Source: Marmoricola sp.
Lineage (GTDB): Bacteria > Actinomycetota > Actinomycetes > Propionibacteriales > Nocardioidaceae
Direction of reading: 5' to 3'
Assembly (NCBI GenBank): GCA_044224695.1
Contig: JBGAJX010000004.1
Coordinates: forward strand, 24,588-88,587
DNA length: 64,000 nucleotides
This document shows positions 18,386 through 27,739 of the stretch, piece by piece (position 1 is the stretch's first letter; each line of letters opens with the position of its first letter). Both the position numbers and the translations under genes were made by a program. The notes beneath the pieces were generated by a model. That model had not been told where the DNA came from, made no database searches, and saw only the letters and a program-made list of their open reading frames with translations.

Positions 18386-19819
18386 ATGAGTGCCATTAGT
18401 GCCGTCGTCCCCAACGTCCTGGCCACCCGCTACGCCGCAGCCGACCTCGCCGCGATCTGGAGCCCCGAGCACAAGATCGTGCTCGAGCGGCAGCTCTGGA
18501 TCGCCGTCCTCAAGGCCCAGCGCGACCTGGGGATCGACGTCCCCGACGGCGTGGTGGAGGACTACGAGAAGGTGATCGACCAGGTCGACCTGGCCAGCAT
18601 CGCGGCGCGTGAGCGGGTGACCCGACACGACGTGAAGGCGCGGATCGAGGAGTTCTGCGCGCTCGCCGGCCACCAGCACATCCACAAGGGCATGACCAGC
18701 CGCGACCTCACCGAGAACGTCGAGCAACTCCAGATCCTGTCCTCGCTGCGGCTGCTGCGCGGGCGGACCGTGGCCGCCTTGGCCCGGCTGGCCCGGCTGG
18801 CGACCGAGCACGAGACCACCGTGATGGCCGGCCGCTCGCACAACGTGGCAGCGCAGGCGACCACGCTCGGCAAACGGTTCGCCACCGTCGCCGACGAGAT
18901 GCTGGTGGCGCTGGACCGGATCGACGACCTGATCGCGCGCTACCCGCTGCGTGGCATCAAGGGCCCGGTCGGCACCGCCCAGGACATGCTCGACCTCCTC
19001 GACGGCGACGCCGCCAAGCTCGCCGACCTCGAGCAGCGCGTGGCCGCCCATCTGGGCTTCGAGCACGTGCTCACCAGCGTCGGCCAGGTCTACCCGCGCT
19101 CGCTGGACTTCGACGTGCTCTCCGCGCTCGTCCAGCTCTCGGCGGCCCCGTCGAACCTCGCCACCACGATCCGGCTGATGGCCGGCATCGAGCTGGTCAC
19201 CGAGGGGTTCAAGGAGGGCCAGGTCGGTTCGAGCGCGATGCCGCACAAGATGAACACCCGCTCGTGCGAGCGGGTCAACGGCCTGGCCGTGGTGCTGCGC
19301 GGCTACCTCTCGATGGTCGGGGAGCTGGCCGGCGACCAGTGGAACGAGGGCGACGTCTCCTGCTCGGTGGTGCGCCGCGTCGCGCTGCCGGACGCGTTCT
19401 TCGCCGCGGACGGGCTCTTCCAGACCTTCCTCACCGTGCTCGACGAGTTCGGGGCGTTCCCGGCGGTGATCCAGCGCGAGCTCGACCGCTACCTGCCGTT
19501 CCTGGCGACCACCAAGGTGCTGATGGCCGCGGTGCGCGCCGGTGTCGGCCGGGAGGCCGCCCACGAGTCGATCAAGAAGGCCGCGGTCGGTGTGGCGCTG
19601 GACATGCGCCGCGGGCAGGCCGACAACGACGTCTTCCAGCGTCTCGCCGCGGACCCCGAGTTAGGTCTCGGCGCCGACCAGCTCGCCGCACTGGTCGCGG
19701 AGCCGATCACCTTCACCGGGGCTGCGGTGGCGCAGGTGCAGGCCGTCGTACGGCGGGTGGAGCAGGTCGTCGCCGCCGACCCGGAGGCGGCGGCGTACAC
19801 CCCGGGCGCGATCCTCTGA
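18386..19819 (+). CDS. purB: Adenylosuccinate lyase
   Basis: 477-aa ORF with the fumarate-lyase signature GSSAMPHKMNTRSCE. Confidence 0.95.
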   Translation: MSAISAVVPNVLATRYAAADLAAIWSPEHKIVLERQLWIAVLKAQRDLGIDVPDGVVEDYEKVIDQVDLASIAARERVTRHDVKARIEEFCALAGHQHIHKGMTSRDLTENVEQLQILSSLRLLRGRTVAALARLARLATEHETTVMAGRSHNVAAQATTLGKRFATVADEMLVALDRIDDLIARYPLRGIKGPVGTAQDMLDLLDGDAAKLADLEQRVAAHLGFEHVLTSVGQVYPRSLDFDVLSALVQLSAAPSNLATTIRLMAGIELVTEGFKEGQVGSSAMPHKMNTRSCERVNGLAVVLRGYLSMVGELAGDQWNEGDVSCSVVRRVALPDAFFAADGLFQTFLTVLDEFGAFPAVIQRELDRYLPFLATTKVLMAAVRAGVGREAAHESIKKAAVGVALDMRRGQADNDVFQRLAADPELGLGADQLAALVAEPITFTGAAVAQVQAVVRRVEQVVAADPEAAAYTPGAIL

Positions 19820-19834
19820 GATCGTCCGTGCCCC

Positions 19835-20164
19835 TCAGCTGAGCACGAGGACCACGGCCGCGACCAACGGGATCGTGGCGACCAGCGAGGTCGTCACCAG
19901 CGGAGACCGCGGGTGGTCCAGGGGCACGCCGCGCCGCGCCGCCTCGTCGTAGTGGCGGTAGCGCGCGAGTCCTGCCACCCCGACGTACGACCCGGTGAGC
20001 ACCAGCCCCAGGGCGAGGACGATGCGCACCGCGGACGGCCCGGTGGTGAGGAACTCGAGGACGCCGAGACCGGCCACCTGGAAGGCCAGCGCCGTGCGCA
20101 CATACGCGAGGAACGTGCGCTCGTTGGCCAGCACCATCTGCCGGTCCGGCGTGGCCTCGGTCAT
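19835..20164 (-). CDS. DUF202 (YidH-like) small membrane protein
   Basis: 109 aa (MTEATPDRQMVLANERTFLAYVRTALAF...) with three TM segments. Its ATG overlaps the TetR stop (ATGA). The 388-aa track ORF 19835..21001 is this gene plus an out-of-frame shadow of the TetR gene. Confidence 0.8.
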   Translation of the reverse strand: MTEATPDRQMVLANERTFLAYVRTALAFQVAGLGVLEFLTTGPSAVRIVLALGLVLTGSYVGVAGLARYRHYDEAARRGVPLDHPRSPLVTTSLVATIPLVAAVVLVLS

Positions 20165-20916
20165 TCCGCGAGCCACTGCTCGACCAGCGGGAGCAGCCTG
20201 GGGAGTTCCTCGGTGATGCCGAGGAGCTCGGCCTGGCTGAGCAGCATCGCGCGGAACAGCGCGCCGCTGTTGCTGATCCGCGGGTCGCAGTGCCCGAAGA
20301 CCTCGAGGGTGACGGTGCCGTAGAGCGACATCCACGACTGGGTGAACACCCACACGATCGTGCGGGCCGACTCGGGGAGCCCGTCGAGGTCGGCCGGCAG
20401 CACCGGGTCGTCGATGGTCTCGCGCACCAGCGGGTCGAGGTCCTCGGCCGCCGGGAGCGGGAAGTCGTACTTCCGCCACAGCGCCAGGAGGAGGTCGGTG
20501 AAGACCCGGCCGACCTGTTCCTCCTTGATGCGCTCGGCGCGCACCTCGGGAGCCAGCGGGTTGGTGAACACGAGCGCGAACTCGCCGCGATGGGTGAGGG
20601 CCCAGTGCCGGAACGCCACCGCTGCGCGGACGACCTGGGCGGCAGGGTCGTCGGCCGGCTGGGAGTCGCGTGCCTCGCGCAGCAGTGCGGCGGTGCGCGC
20701 GTCGATGTCGGCGGCCACGAGCATGACCAGTTCGTGGTAGTCGGCGACGTAGCGGTAGAGCGCCGGGGCGGTGATCCCCATGCGTTGCGCGACGGCGCGG
20801 AGCGAGAGCCCTCCGGGCTCGCCGAGCAGCGTGCGCGAGACGGAGATGATCTCGGCCAGCGTGGCCTGCCGTTGACGTTCCCGGCGGGTCGTGGGAGAGG
20901 TCGCCGTGGTGGTCAC
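20161..20916 (-). CDS. TetR/AcrR family transcriptional regulator
   Basis: HTH LSLRAVAQRMGITAPALYRYV. Start moved to GTG 20916, which is preceded by GAGGAGGAGGAACA. The sequence upstream of that is AT-rich and intergenic-like. Confidence 0.88.
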   Translation of the reverse strand: MTTTATSPTTRRERQRQATLAEIISVSRTLLGEPGGLSLRAVAQRMGITAPALYRYVADYHELVMLVAADIDARTAALLREARDSQPADDPAAQVVRAAVAFRHWALTHRGEFALVFTNPLAPEVRAERIKEEQVGRVFTDLLLALWRKYDFPLPAAEDLDPLVRETIDDPVLPADLDGLPESARTIVWVFTQSWMSLYGTVTLEVFGHCDPRISNSGALFRAMLLSQAELLGITEELPRLLPLVEQWLAE

Positions 20917-20971
20917 TGTTCCTCCTCCTCGATTCCGGGGCTTGACGAAACCATAGTTTACGCCCTTCACT

Positions 20972-20986
20972 GTTAACAACGTTAAC
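20972..20986. promoter_or_regulatory. Candidate TetR operator GTTAAC-aac-GTTAAC
   Basis: Two self-complementary hexamers with a 3-nt spacer, in the locally AT-rich 118-bp divergent region between the TetR gene and the MMPL gene. Confidence 0.45.
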
Positions 20987-21034
20987 TGCGGTGATGATCA
21001 TTTACGAGATCGTCCTTGACGGAGAGGTTCGGTC

Positions 21035-23209
21035 ATGGTGGACAAGTGGGGGCGCGTGGTCGCCGACCGGGCGCGGCTGGTGCTCGTGACGGGTGTCCTG
21101 CTGGTGGTCGCCGCCGCGGCGTACGGCTCCGGGGTCTTCGACTCCCTCTCCCAGGGCGGTTTCGACGACCCGGCGAGTGAGTCGGCCCGCGAGCTCGCGC
21201 TGGAGCGCGAGACCTTCGGAAACGCCGGGGTCGACGTGATCGCGATCTACTCCAGCGATGACCTCACCGTCGACGACCCCGCCTTCCGCGACGAGGTGGC
21301 GCAGACGCTGGCCGGCATCCCCGGCGGCACCACGACCACGGTGCTCAGCTACTACGACACCGGGTCGGCCGACTTCGTGTCCGGTGACGAGCACGCCACC
21401 CGGGTGCTGATCTCGTTGGCCGGCGACAGCCAGAACGAGTACCTGGAGAACTTCGAGGTCCTCGAGCCCACGCTCGAGTCCGACACGCTGGAGACGCACC
21501 TGGCCGGCGCGTTCGCGGTGTACGGCGACGTCAACGAGATCACCGAGTCCGACCTGCGCCGCGCCGAGATCCTGAGCGCGCCCCTGGTGCTGCTGCTCTC
21601 GGTCCTCATCTTCGGCAGCCTGGTCGCCGCCGTCATGCCCGTGGTCGTCGGCGTCGTCGCCGTGCTCGGGGCGCTGGCAGTGGTGCAGGCGCTGACCGGG
21701 GTCACCGAGATCTCGATCTTCGCCATCAACGTGATCACGCTGCTCGGGCTCGGGCTCGCCATCGACTACGCGCTGTTCATGATCAGTCGCTTCCGCGAGG
21801 AGCTCGCGCGGTTCCCCGAGGATGACCCGAACGCCTGCGCCGAGGCGATCCGGCGCACCATGGCCACCGCCGGGCGCACAGTGCTCTTCTCCGGCCTGAC
21901 CGTGGCGGCGGCGCTGTCCTCCCTGCTCGTCTTCCCCCAGAACTTCGTGCGCTCGATGGGGTACGGCGGCATGGCCGCCGTCGTGATCGCGATGCTCGCC
22001 GCCCTGACGATCCTTCCGGCCACGCTGCGCCTGCTCGGCCGGCGGATCGACGCCGGCCGGGTGCCCTTCCTGCACCGTCGGCGTGCCGTGGGCTCACCCG
22101 ACCTCGACCCGGATCAGGGGGCGTGGGCGCGGCTCGCCCGCAGCGTGATGCGCCGTCCGGTGCTCTACGCGGTGGCGGTCGTGACCGTCCTGCTCGTGGT
22201 GGCCTCGCCGTTCCTGCGGGTCGTGTGGGGCAGCGTCGACTACCGGGTGCTGCCCGAGGACGCCCCCTCGCGCGTCGCCGCCGAGATCCTCAACGAGGAG
22301 TTCGGGCCGGAGACCTCCACGGCCAACGTGCTGCTGCGCGGTGTGGACCAGGCCGGCGTGTCGGCGTACACCGAGGACGCCCTCGCGGTGCCCGGCGTCA
22401 CCGACGTCGCGCCGCTGGACGCCCGCGGCGAGGACACCCTGGTGCGGGTCACCTGGGTCGGCAACAGCCAGAGCGAGGCGTCGCAGCAGGTCGTGAAGGA
22501 CCTGCGCGCCCTCGAGGTCGACAACGGCTCCGCCCTGGTCGGCGGGCTCAGTGCCGACACCGTCGACCTGCTCTCCTCGGTCGGCAGCCGGCTGCCGTGG
22601 ATGGCCGCGATCGTGATCGGGGTGATGCTGGTGCTGCTCTTCATCGCCTTCGGCTCGGTGGTGCTGCCGATCAAGGCCGTGGCGATGAACATCATCTCGA
22701 TCAGCGCCTCGTTCGGCGTGGTCACCTGGGTCTTCGCCCAGGGCAACCTCGAAGGCCTGCTGGGCTTCGAGTCCCAAGGGTTCCTCGACGCGACGCAGCC
22801 GCTGGTGATGCTCGCGATCATCTTCGGGCTGTCGATGGACTACGAGGTGTTCCTGCTCTCCCGCATCCGCGAGGAGTACGACGCCACCGGCGACAACACC
22901 CGGGCCGTCGCGGTCGGACTGCAGAAGACCGGCCGGATCATCACCAGCGCGGCCCTGCTCCTGGCCGTGGTGATCGGCGCCTTCGCCACCTCCGGGATCG
23001 TCTTCATGAAGCTGATCGGGCTCGGCATGCTGGTCGCCCTGCTCGTCGACGCCACCATCGTCCGCGCACTTCTTGTCCCTGCGACCATGAAGCTGCTCGG
23101 CGATGCGAACTGGTGGGCGCCCGGTCCGCTGGCCCGGTGGTGGGAGCGCCACGGCTTCCGCGAGGAGGGGCGCGAACCGACTGCCGAGCGGGAACCCGAA
23201 CTGGTCTGA
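21035..23209 (+). CDS. MMPL family (RND-superfamily) transporter
   Basis: 724-aa ORF with two 6-TM bundles and two extracytoplasmic loops. Contains GLGLAIDYALFMISRFREE and GLSMDYEVFLLSRIREE repeats typical of MMPL proteins. RBS ggagagg lies upstream. Confidence 0.9.
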   Translation: MVDKWGRVVADRARLVLVTGVLLVVAAAAYGSGVFDSLSQGGFDDPASESARELALERETFGNAGVDVIAIYSSDDLTVDDPAFRDEVAQTLAGIPGGTTTTVLSYYDTGSADFVSGDEHATRVLISLAGDSQNEYLENFEVLEPTLESDTLETHLAGAFAVYGDVNEITESDLRRAEILSAPLVLLLSVLIFGSLVAAVMPVVVGVVAVLGALAVVQALTGVTEISIFAINVITLLGLGLAIDYALFMISRFREELARFPEDDPNACAEAIRRTMATAGRTVLFSGLTVAAALSSLLVFPQNFVRSMGYGGMAAVVIAMLAALTILPATLRLLGRRIDAGRVPFLHRRRAVGSPDLDPDQGAWARLARSVMRRPVLYAVAVVTVLLVVASPFLRVVWGSVDYRVLPEDAPSRVAAEILNEEFGPETSTANVLLRGVDQAGVSAYTEDALAVPGVTDVAPLDARGEDTLVRVTWVGNSQSEASQQVVKDLRALEVDNGSALVGGLSADTVDLLSSVGSRLPWMAAIVIGVMLVLLFIAFGSVVLPIKAVAMNIISISASFGVVTWVFAQGNLEGLLGFESQGFLDATQPLVMLAIIFGLSMDYEVFLLSRIREEYDATGDNTRAVAVGLQKTGRIITSAALLLAVVIGAFATSGIVFMKLIGLGMLVALLVDATIVRALLVPATMKLLGDANWWAPGPLARWWERHGFREEGREPTAEREPELV

Positions 23210-23244
23210 CGGCGGAAGAACGCCCGCCTGCCTAGGCTGACCAG

Positions 23245-23871
23245 GTGCGCATGTTCGTCGCGGTGATGCCGCCCCAGGACGTCGTCGAGGACCTTGCCGA
23301 GTTCCTCGAGCCCCGGCGTCTCGCCGACCTCGACTCCGACCGCCCGCTGCGCTGGACGCTTCCTGAGCAGTGGCACGTGACGCTCGCCTTCCTCGCGCAC
23401 GTGCCCGAGCGCAGCCTCGACGACCTCGGCGAGCGGCTCGCCCGGGCCGCGGCGCGGCGTACCTCGTTCGCGCTGGAGTTCGGCGGGGGCGGCGCCTTCC
23501 CCTCCGCGGCGCACGCCAAGTTGCTGTACGCCGGCGTGCACGGCAGCGACGAAGCGCTGACCGAACTGCACCGGCTCTCCGACGGGGCGCGGGCCGCGGC
23601 GAACCGCGCGGGGGCACCCGCGGACGGGGGACACTTCCGGCCGCACCTCACCCTGGCCCGCTCCAACCGCCCGCAGGAGGCGACCCGGTGGCTCCGGATC
23701 CTCGACACCTGGCGCAGTCGCCCCGTCCCGGTCGACGAGATCCACCTGGTGCAGTCGTTCCTCGGTGAGGGCCCTCGCAACCGGCCCCGCTACGAGACCG
23801 TCGGCACCTTCGCGCTGGGCCGCGGAGGCGGCGTACGGTCGGAATCCATCGACGCAGGAGGCGGCTCATGA
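23245..23871 (+). CDS. thpR: RNA 2',3'-cyclic phosphodiesterase (2H phosphoesterase, ThpR/LigT-like)
   Basis: Two HxTx motifs (WHVTLAF and PHLTLAR) at the expected spacing. Confidence 0.85.
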   Translation: MRMFVAVMPPQDVVEDLAEFLEPRRLADLDSDRPLRWTLPEQWHVTLAFLAHVPERSLDDLGERLARAAARRTSFALEFGGGGAFPSAAHAKLLYAGVHGSDEALTELHRLSDGARAAANRAGAPADGGHFRPHLTLARSNRPQEATRWLRILDTWRSRPVPVDEIHLVQSFLGEGPRNRPRYETVGTFALGRGGGVRSESIDAGGGS

Positions 23872-24503
23872 GGATCGCGATCATCGGCACCGGCATGGTG
23901 GGACGTGCGTTGGGGACGGGCCTCGCGCAGCACGGACACGAGGTCGTGGTCGGCACGCGCGACCCCGAGCAGACCCGGCGCCGGGAGGAGTGGGCGGCGA
24001 ACCCGCTCACCCTGATGCGCTTCGACGAGGCCGTCGAGGGAGCGGACCTCATCGTCAACGCGACCAGCGGAGCGGCCACGCTCGACGTCCTGCGCGACCT
24101 CGGGTCGGCGCTGGCGGAGAAGGTCCTGCTCGACGTCTCCAACCCGTTGGACTTCAGCGCCGGCTTCCCGCCGACCCTGACCGTGAAGGACACCGACTCG
24201 CTGGCCGAGCAGATCCAGCGGGCCCACCCCGAGGCCCGGGTGGTGAAGGGCCTCAACACGCTCACCGCCGATCTCATGCTGAATCCGGGACTGCTCCCGG
24301 AGCCGACCACGGTCTTCGTGGCCTCGGACTTCCCGGCGGCGCGAGACGTCGTCGTCGCGCTGTTACACGAGGTCGGTTGGGAGGACGTGATCGACCTCGG
24401 CGCTCTGGAGGCGGCCCGCGGGATTGAGATGTGGCTGCCCCTGTGGCTGCGCATCATGGCGGCCACCGGCACGGGGCAGTTCAACCTGCGCATCGTCCGC
24501 TGA
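23868..24503 (+). CDS. NADPH-dependent F420 reductase-like / NADP oxidoreductase (Rossmann)
   Basis: MRIAIIGTGMVGRALG dinucleotide fold; 211 aa. Has a 4-nt ATGA overlap with thpR. Confidence 0.75.
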   Translation: MRIAIIGTGMVGRALGTGLAQHGHEVVVGTRDPEQTRRREEWAANPLTLMRFDEAVEGADLIVNATSGAATLDVLRDLGSALAEKVLLDVSNPLDFSAGFPPTLTVKDTDSLAEQIQRAHPEARVVKGLNTLTADLMLNPGLLPEPTTVFVASDFPAARDVVVALLHEVGWEDVIDLGALEAARGIEMWLPLWLRIMAATGTGQFNLRIVR

Positions 24504-24626
24504 GCCGAGGCTCGTGCGGGGACCCCGAGCCGCGCCCGGTCGTCGCGGGAGAAACACACCGTTCACACGATCGGGCTATGGTCCCCGTGTCACCCCTTCG
24601 GGGGAGCCGACCGGAAGGACCAGGAC

Positions 24627-25271
24627 GTGCCCCACCTGCTGCGCCTCGAGCTGCCGGACGTACCCGGCTCGCTGGGTCGCGTCGCGAGCGCGATCGGTGA
24701 CGCCGGCGGAGACATCGAAGCCATCGAGATCGTCGAGCACCGCGCCGACGGCACCGCGGTCGACGACGTGCTGCTCGAGCTCGCCCCCGGGGTGATGCCG
24801 GACTCGGTGGTCTCGGCCTGCAACGCCGTCGAGGGCGTGCGGGTGCTGTGGGTCTCCCGGTATGCGGCCGGCGGCACCCTCTTCCTCGACCTGGAGGTCG
24901 TCGAGGCGCTCACCCAGAACCCGGCGGTCGCCCTGGACGAACTCGTCGACTTTCTGCCGGCCACCTTCCGCGCCGACTGGGGGGTGCGGCTGCTGCGCAC
25001 CGACGCGGGGATCAAGCAGGTGCACGCCACCTCCGCCGCCCCGGACCTGGGCGAGCACCAGGCGGCGTGGCTGGACATCACCCGGGCCTCGCGACTGGTC
25101 GTGGACCACGCGTGGCCGCACCTGTCCGACAACGTCGCGGCGGGCGCACCGGTCGCGGCCGGGGAGATCGTCGTCTTCGGTCGGCGCGGCGGCCCGGAGA
25201 TCCTGGACTCCGAGATCGCCCGGCTCAACCACCTGGTGGCCCTCGCGATCACGATCTCGCAGGCGGGCTGA
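24627..25271 (+). CDS. ACT domain-containing protein (amino-acid-binding fold plus uncharacterised C-terminal domain)
   Basis: LLRLELPDVPGSLGRVASAIGDAGGDIEAIEIV is a typical ACT beta-alpha-beta start. 214 aa, GTG start with RBS ggaagga. Confidence 0.7.
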   Translation: MPHLLRLELPDVPGSLGRVASAIGDAGGDIEAIEIVEHRADGTAVDDVLLELAPGVMPDSVVSACNAVEGVRVLWVSRYAAGGTLFLDLEVVEALTQNPAVALDELVDFLPATFRADWGVRLLRTDAGIKQVHATSAAPDLGEHQAAWLDITRASRLVVDHAWPHLSDNVAAGAPVAAGEIVVFGRRGGPEILDSEIARLNHLVALAITISQAG

Positions 25272-25413
25272 GTCCGCCGGCCCTCCGGCGCCGACCGCAT
25301 CGGTCCAGGGCTGCTGGGACCTAGGTCTCTTCCTGGTCCGGACGGCAGACAGGTTGGTGTCCACCAGGCAGGCTAGGCAGGGGACGGTCCCCTCGGCCGC
25401 GGAAGGAGCCTGC

Positions 25414-27729
25414 GTGAGCGACACCGGTGGTCCGTGGGCGCTCGTCGTCGACGACGACTCCGATGTGGCCATGGTGTGCGGTCTGCACCTGGGCGGTGCG
25501 GGCTACCAGGTCCTCGAGGCGCGCACCGGCCAGCAGGCCCTCGAGCTCGCGCTGTCGGCGCAGCCGTCGGTCATCGTCCTGGACTACATGCTCCCCGACC
25601 TCGACGGCATCGAGGTGCTGCGTGCGCTCAAGGCCCACGACAAGACCTCCTCGATCCCGGTCGTGATGCTCACCGCCCGCACCCGGGAGCACGACGAGAT
25701 CATCGCCTGGGACAGCGGCGTCGCGGACTACCTCACCAAGCCGTTCGAAGGAGCGAAGCTGGTGGCGGCGGTCGACGCGGCGATGAGCCGGGTCGGCACA
25801 CCACCGTCCGCCCGACTCACCCAGCGCGAGAGCCCGCCCGTGTTGCGCCCCGAGGAGCGTCCGCCGCGACTGTCCGAGCGCTTCCGCCTGGAGCAGCGCT
25901 ACCGGGCGCTCGTGGAGGCGGCTCCCGACGCGATGGTCGTGGTCGACGGCCACGGTCGTATCGAACTGGTCAACCGGCAGACCGAGAAGCTGTTCGGCTA
26001 CGGCCGCGAGGAGCTCATCGGTCAGCAGGTCGAACTGTTGGTGCCGGCGCGGTTCCGCGGCGGGCACCCCGATCACCGCCAGCGGTACGCCGAGCGTCCC
26101 CACTTCCGCGAGATGGGCGCCGGACTCGAGCTCTCGGGACTGCGCAAGGACGGCACCGAGTTTCCTGTCGAGATCTCGCTGTCGCCGCTGGACACCGACG
26201 AGCTGCCGTCGTACGCCGCCACGATCCGCGACGTGACCGAGCGGCGCAGCATCGAGGCGATGTTCAAAGGCCTGCTGGAGAGCGCGCCCGACGCGATCGT
26301 GGGCGTCGACACCACCGGCCGGATCGTGCTGGTCAACCAGCAGACCGAGAAGCTGTTCGGCTACGCCCGCGACGAGTTGATCGGTCAGGCGGTGGAGGTC
26401 CTGGTGCCGGAGGCGGCGCGCTCGCTGCACCCGGGCCGGCGCAAGCGTTACGTCAACGACCCCAAGCCCCGAGCGATGGGCGCCGGACTGGACCTGGCGG
26501 CGCGACGCAAGGACGGCAGCCAGTTCCCCGCGGAGATCTCGCTCTCCTCCATCGCCACCGACGAGGGACTCCTGATCTCGGCCGCGATCCGCGACGTCAC
26601 CGAACGCAAGCGGGCCGAGGAACGGTTCCGCGGCCTGGTCGAGGCGGCCCCCGACGCGATGGTGCTGGTCGGTGACGACGGCCTGATCCGGCTGGTGAAC
26701 GCCCAGACCGAGCGGCTCTTCGGCTACGAGCGCGACGAGCTCCTTGGGCGCAAGATCGAGATGCTCGTCCCGGCACGATTCCGCGACCGGCACCCGCAGA
26801 GCCGACGCCTCTACACCTCCGAGCCACGGCCGCGCCCGATGGGCGCAGGGCTGGAGCTCTACGGGCTGCGCCGCGACGGCAGCGAGTTCCCGGTGGAGAT
26901 CTCACTGAGCCCGCTCGACAGCGCGGACGGGGTGACGATCGCGGCCTCGATCCGCGACGTCAGCGAGCGCAAGCGCGCCGTCGAGGCCCAGGCCTTGGCG
27001 ATGGAGCGGGAGCGGGAAGCGATCAACCGGCTGCGCGAGTTCGACCGGCTGCGCTCGGACTTCCTCTCCACGGTCAGCCACGAACTGCGGACGCCGCTGA
27101 CCGCGATCAAGGGCTTCGCCGAATGGCTGGTGGGCTCCTGGGACACCACCCCCGACGATCGCAAGTTCGACATGGTCACCCGGATGCTGCACGCCGGCGG
27201 GAGGCTCGACTTCCTCATCCAGGACCTGCTCGACTTCTCCCGGCTCGAGCGCGGGCACCTCAAGGTCGACCTGGAGGACGAGCCGCTGGCCGACGTCGTC
27301 GACGAGACCATCCACCACGCCGGTCCCGCGCTGGAGAACCACCGTCTCCACGTCGCGGTCGAGGAGGACCTCTGGGTCCGCATCGACCGGGCCGCCACGA
27401 TGCGCGTGATGGAGAACCTGCTCACCAACGCCGCGAAGTTCTCCCCGCGCGGATCGACGATCACGATCACGGGCCGGTCGGTGGACGACATGGTGCTGCT
27501 GGCGGTGCGCGACGAGGGGATCGGTATCCCGGTCGCCGAGCACGACAAGATCTTCGACCGTTTCTACCGGGTGCCCGACTCGGCGTCGGCGCACCCGGGC
27601 ACCGGGATCGGCCTGGCCATCGTCAAGCAGTTCGTGGAGAGCCAGGGCGGTCGGGTGGAGCTCACCTCGGCGCCGGGTGAGGGCAGCGAGTTCCGGCTCT
27701 ATCTCAGGCCCGCCTCGGGGCCCCGCTAG
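25414..27729 (+). CDS. Hybrid sensor kinase: N-terminal receiver + three PAS domains + HisKA + HATPase_c
   Basis: GTG 25414 lies behind RBS ggaaggag. Domains: REC (LVVDDDSDV...VIVLDYMLPDLDG...LTKPF), three PAS units, H-box STVSHELRTPLTAIKG, N box LLTNAAKFSP, G boxes RDEGIGIP and GTGIGLAIV. The 955-aa track ORF start (24862) overlaps the ACT gene out of frame. Confidence 0.9.
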   Translation: MSDTGGPWALVVDDDSDVAMVCGLHLGGAGYQVLEARTGQQALELALSAQPSVIVLDYMLPDLDGIEVLRALKAHDKTSSIPVVMLTARTREHDEIIAWDSGVADYLTKPFEGAKLVAAVDAAMSRVGTPPSARLTQRESPPVLRPEERPPRLSERFRLEQRYRALVEAAPDAMVVVDGHGRIELVNRQTEKLFGYGREELIGQQVELLVPARFRGGHPDHRQRYAERPHFREMGAGLELSGLRKDGTEFPVEISLSPLDTDELPSYAATIRDVTERRSIEAMFKGLLESAPDAIVGVDTTGRIVLVNQQTEKLFGYARDELIGQAVEVLVPEAARSLHPGRRKRYVNDPKPRAMGAGLDLAARRKDGSQFPAEISLSSIATDEGLLISAAIRDVTERKRAEERFRGLVEAAPDAMVLVGDDGLIRLVNAQTERLFGYERDELLGRKIEMLVPARFRDRHPQSRRLYTSEPRPRPMGAGLELYGLRRDGSEFPVEISLSPLDSADGVTIAASIRDVSERKRAVEAQALAMEREREAINRLREFDRLRSDFLSTVSHELRTPLTAIKGFAEWLVGSWDTTPDDRKFDMVTRMLHAGGRLDFLIQDLLDFSRLERGHLKVDLEDEPLADVVDETIHHAGPALENHRLHVAVEEDLWVRIDRAATMRVMENLLTNAAKFSPRGSTITITGRSVDDMVLLAVRDEGIGIPVAEHDKIFDRFYRVPDSASAHPGTGIGLAIVKQFVESQGGRVELTSAPGEGSEFRLYLRPASGPR
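25879..26967 (+). repeat. Tandem triplication of a 363-bp (121-aa) PAS module inside the hybrid kinase gene
   Basis: The landmarks gag-gcg/agc-gc.-ccc-gac-gcg sit at 25915, 26278 and 26641, and cag-acc-gag at 25978, 26341 and 26704, giving an exact 363-bp period. Peptides: VNRQTEKLFGYGREELIGQ, VNQQTEKLFGYARDELIGQ and VNAQTERLFGYERDELLGR. Confidence 0.9.
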
Positions 27730-27739
27730 CCTCCTCCTC

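Noticed and set aside
20165-21001. Upstream part of the 388-aa minus ORF 19835..21001
   Set aside because: It is out of frame with, and fully overlapping, the TetR gene, and it is Arg/Pro/Ala-rich. Only the last 109 codons (DUF202) look real.
22094-23617. 507-aa minus ORF antisense to the MMPL gene and thpR
   Set aside because: It has Arg/Gly/Pro/Asp-rich mirror composition, and it crosses two well-supported + strand genes.
24862-25413. N-terminal 184-aa extension of the hybrid kinase ORF (track gives 955 aa)
   Set aside because: The extension overlaps the ACT-domain gene out of frame and is Arg/Pro-rich. A GTG at 25414 with a ggaaggag RBS starts exactly at the receiver domain.
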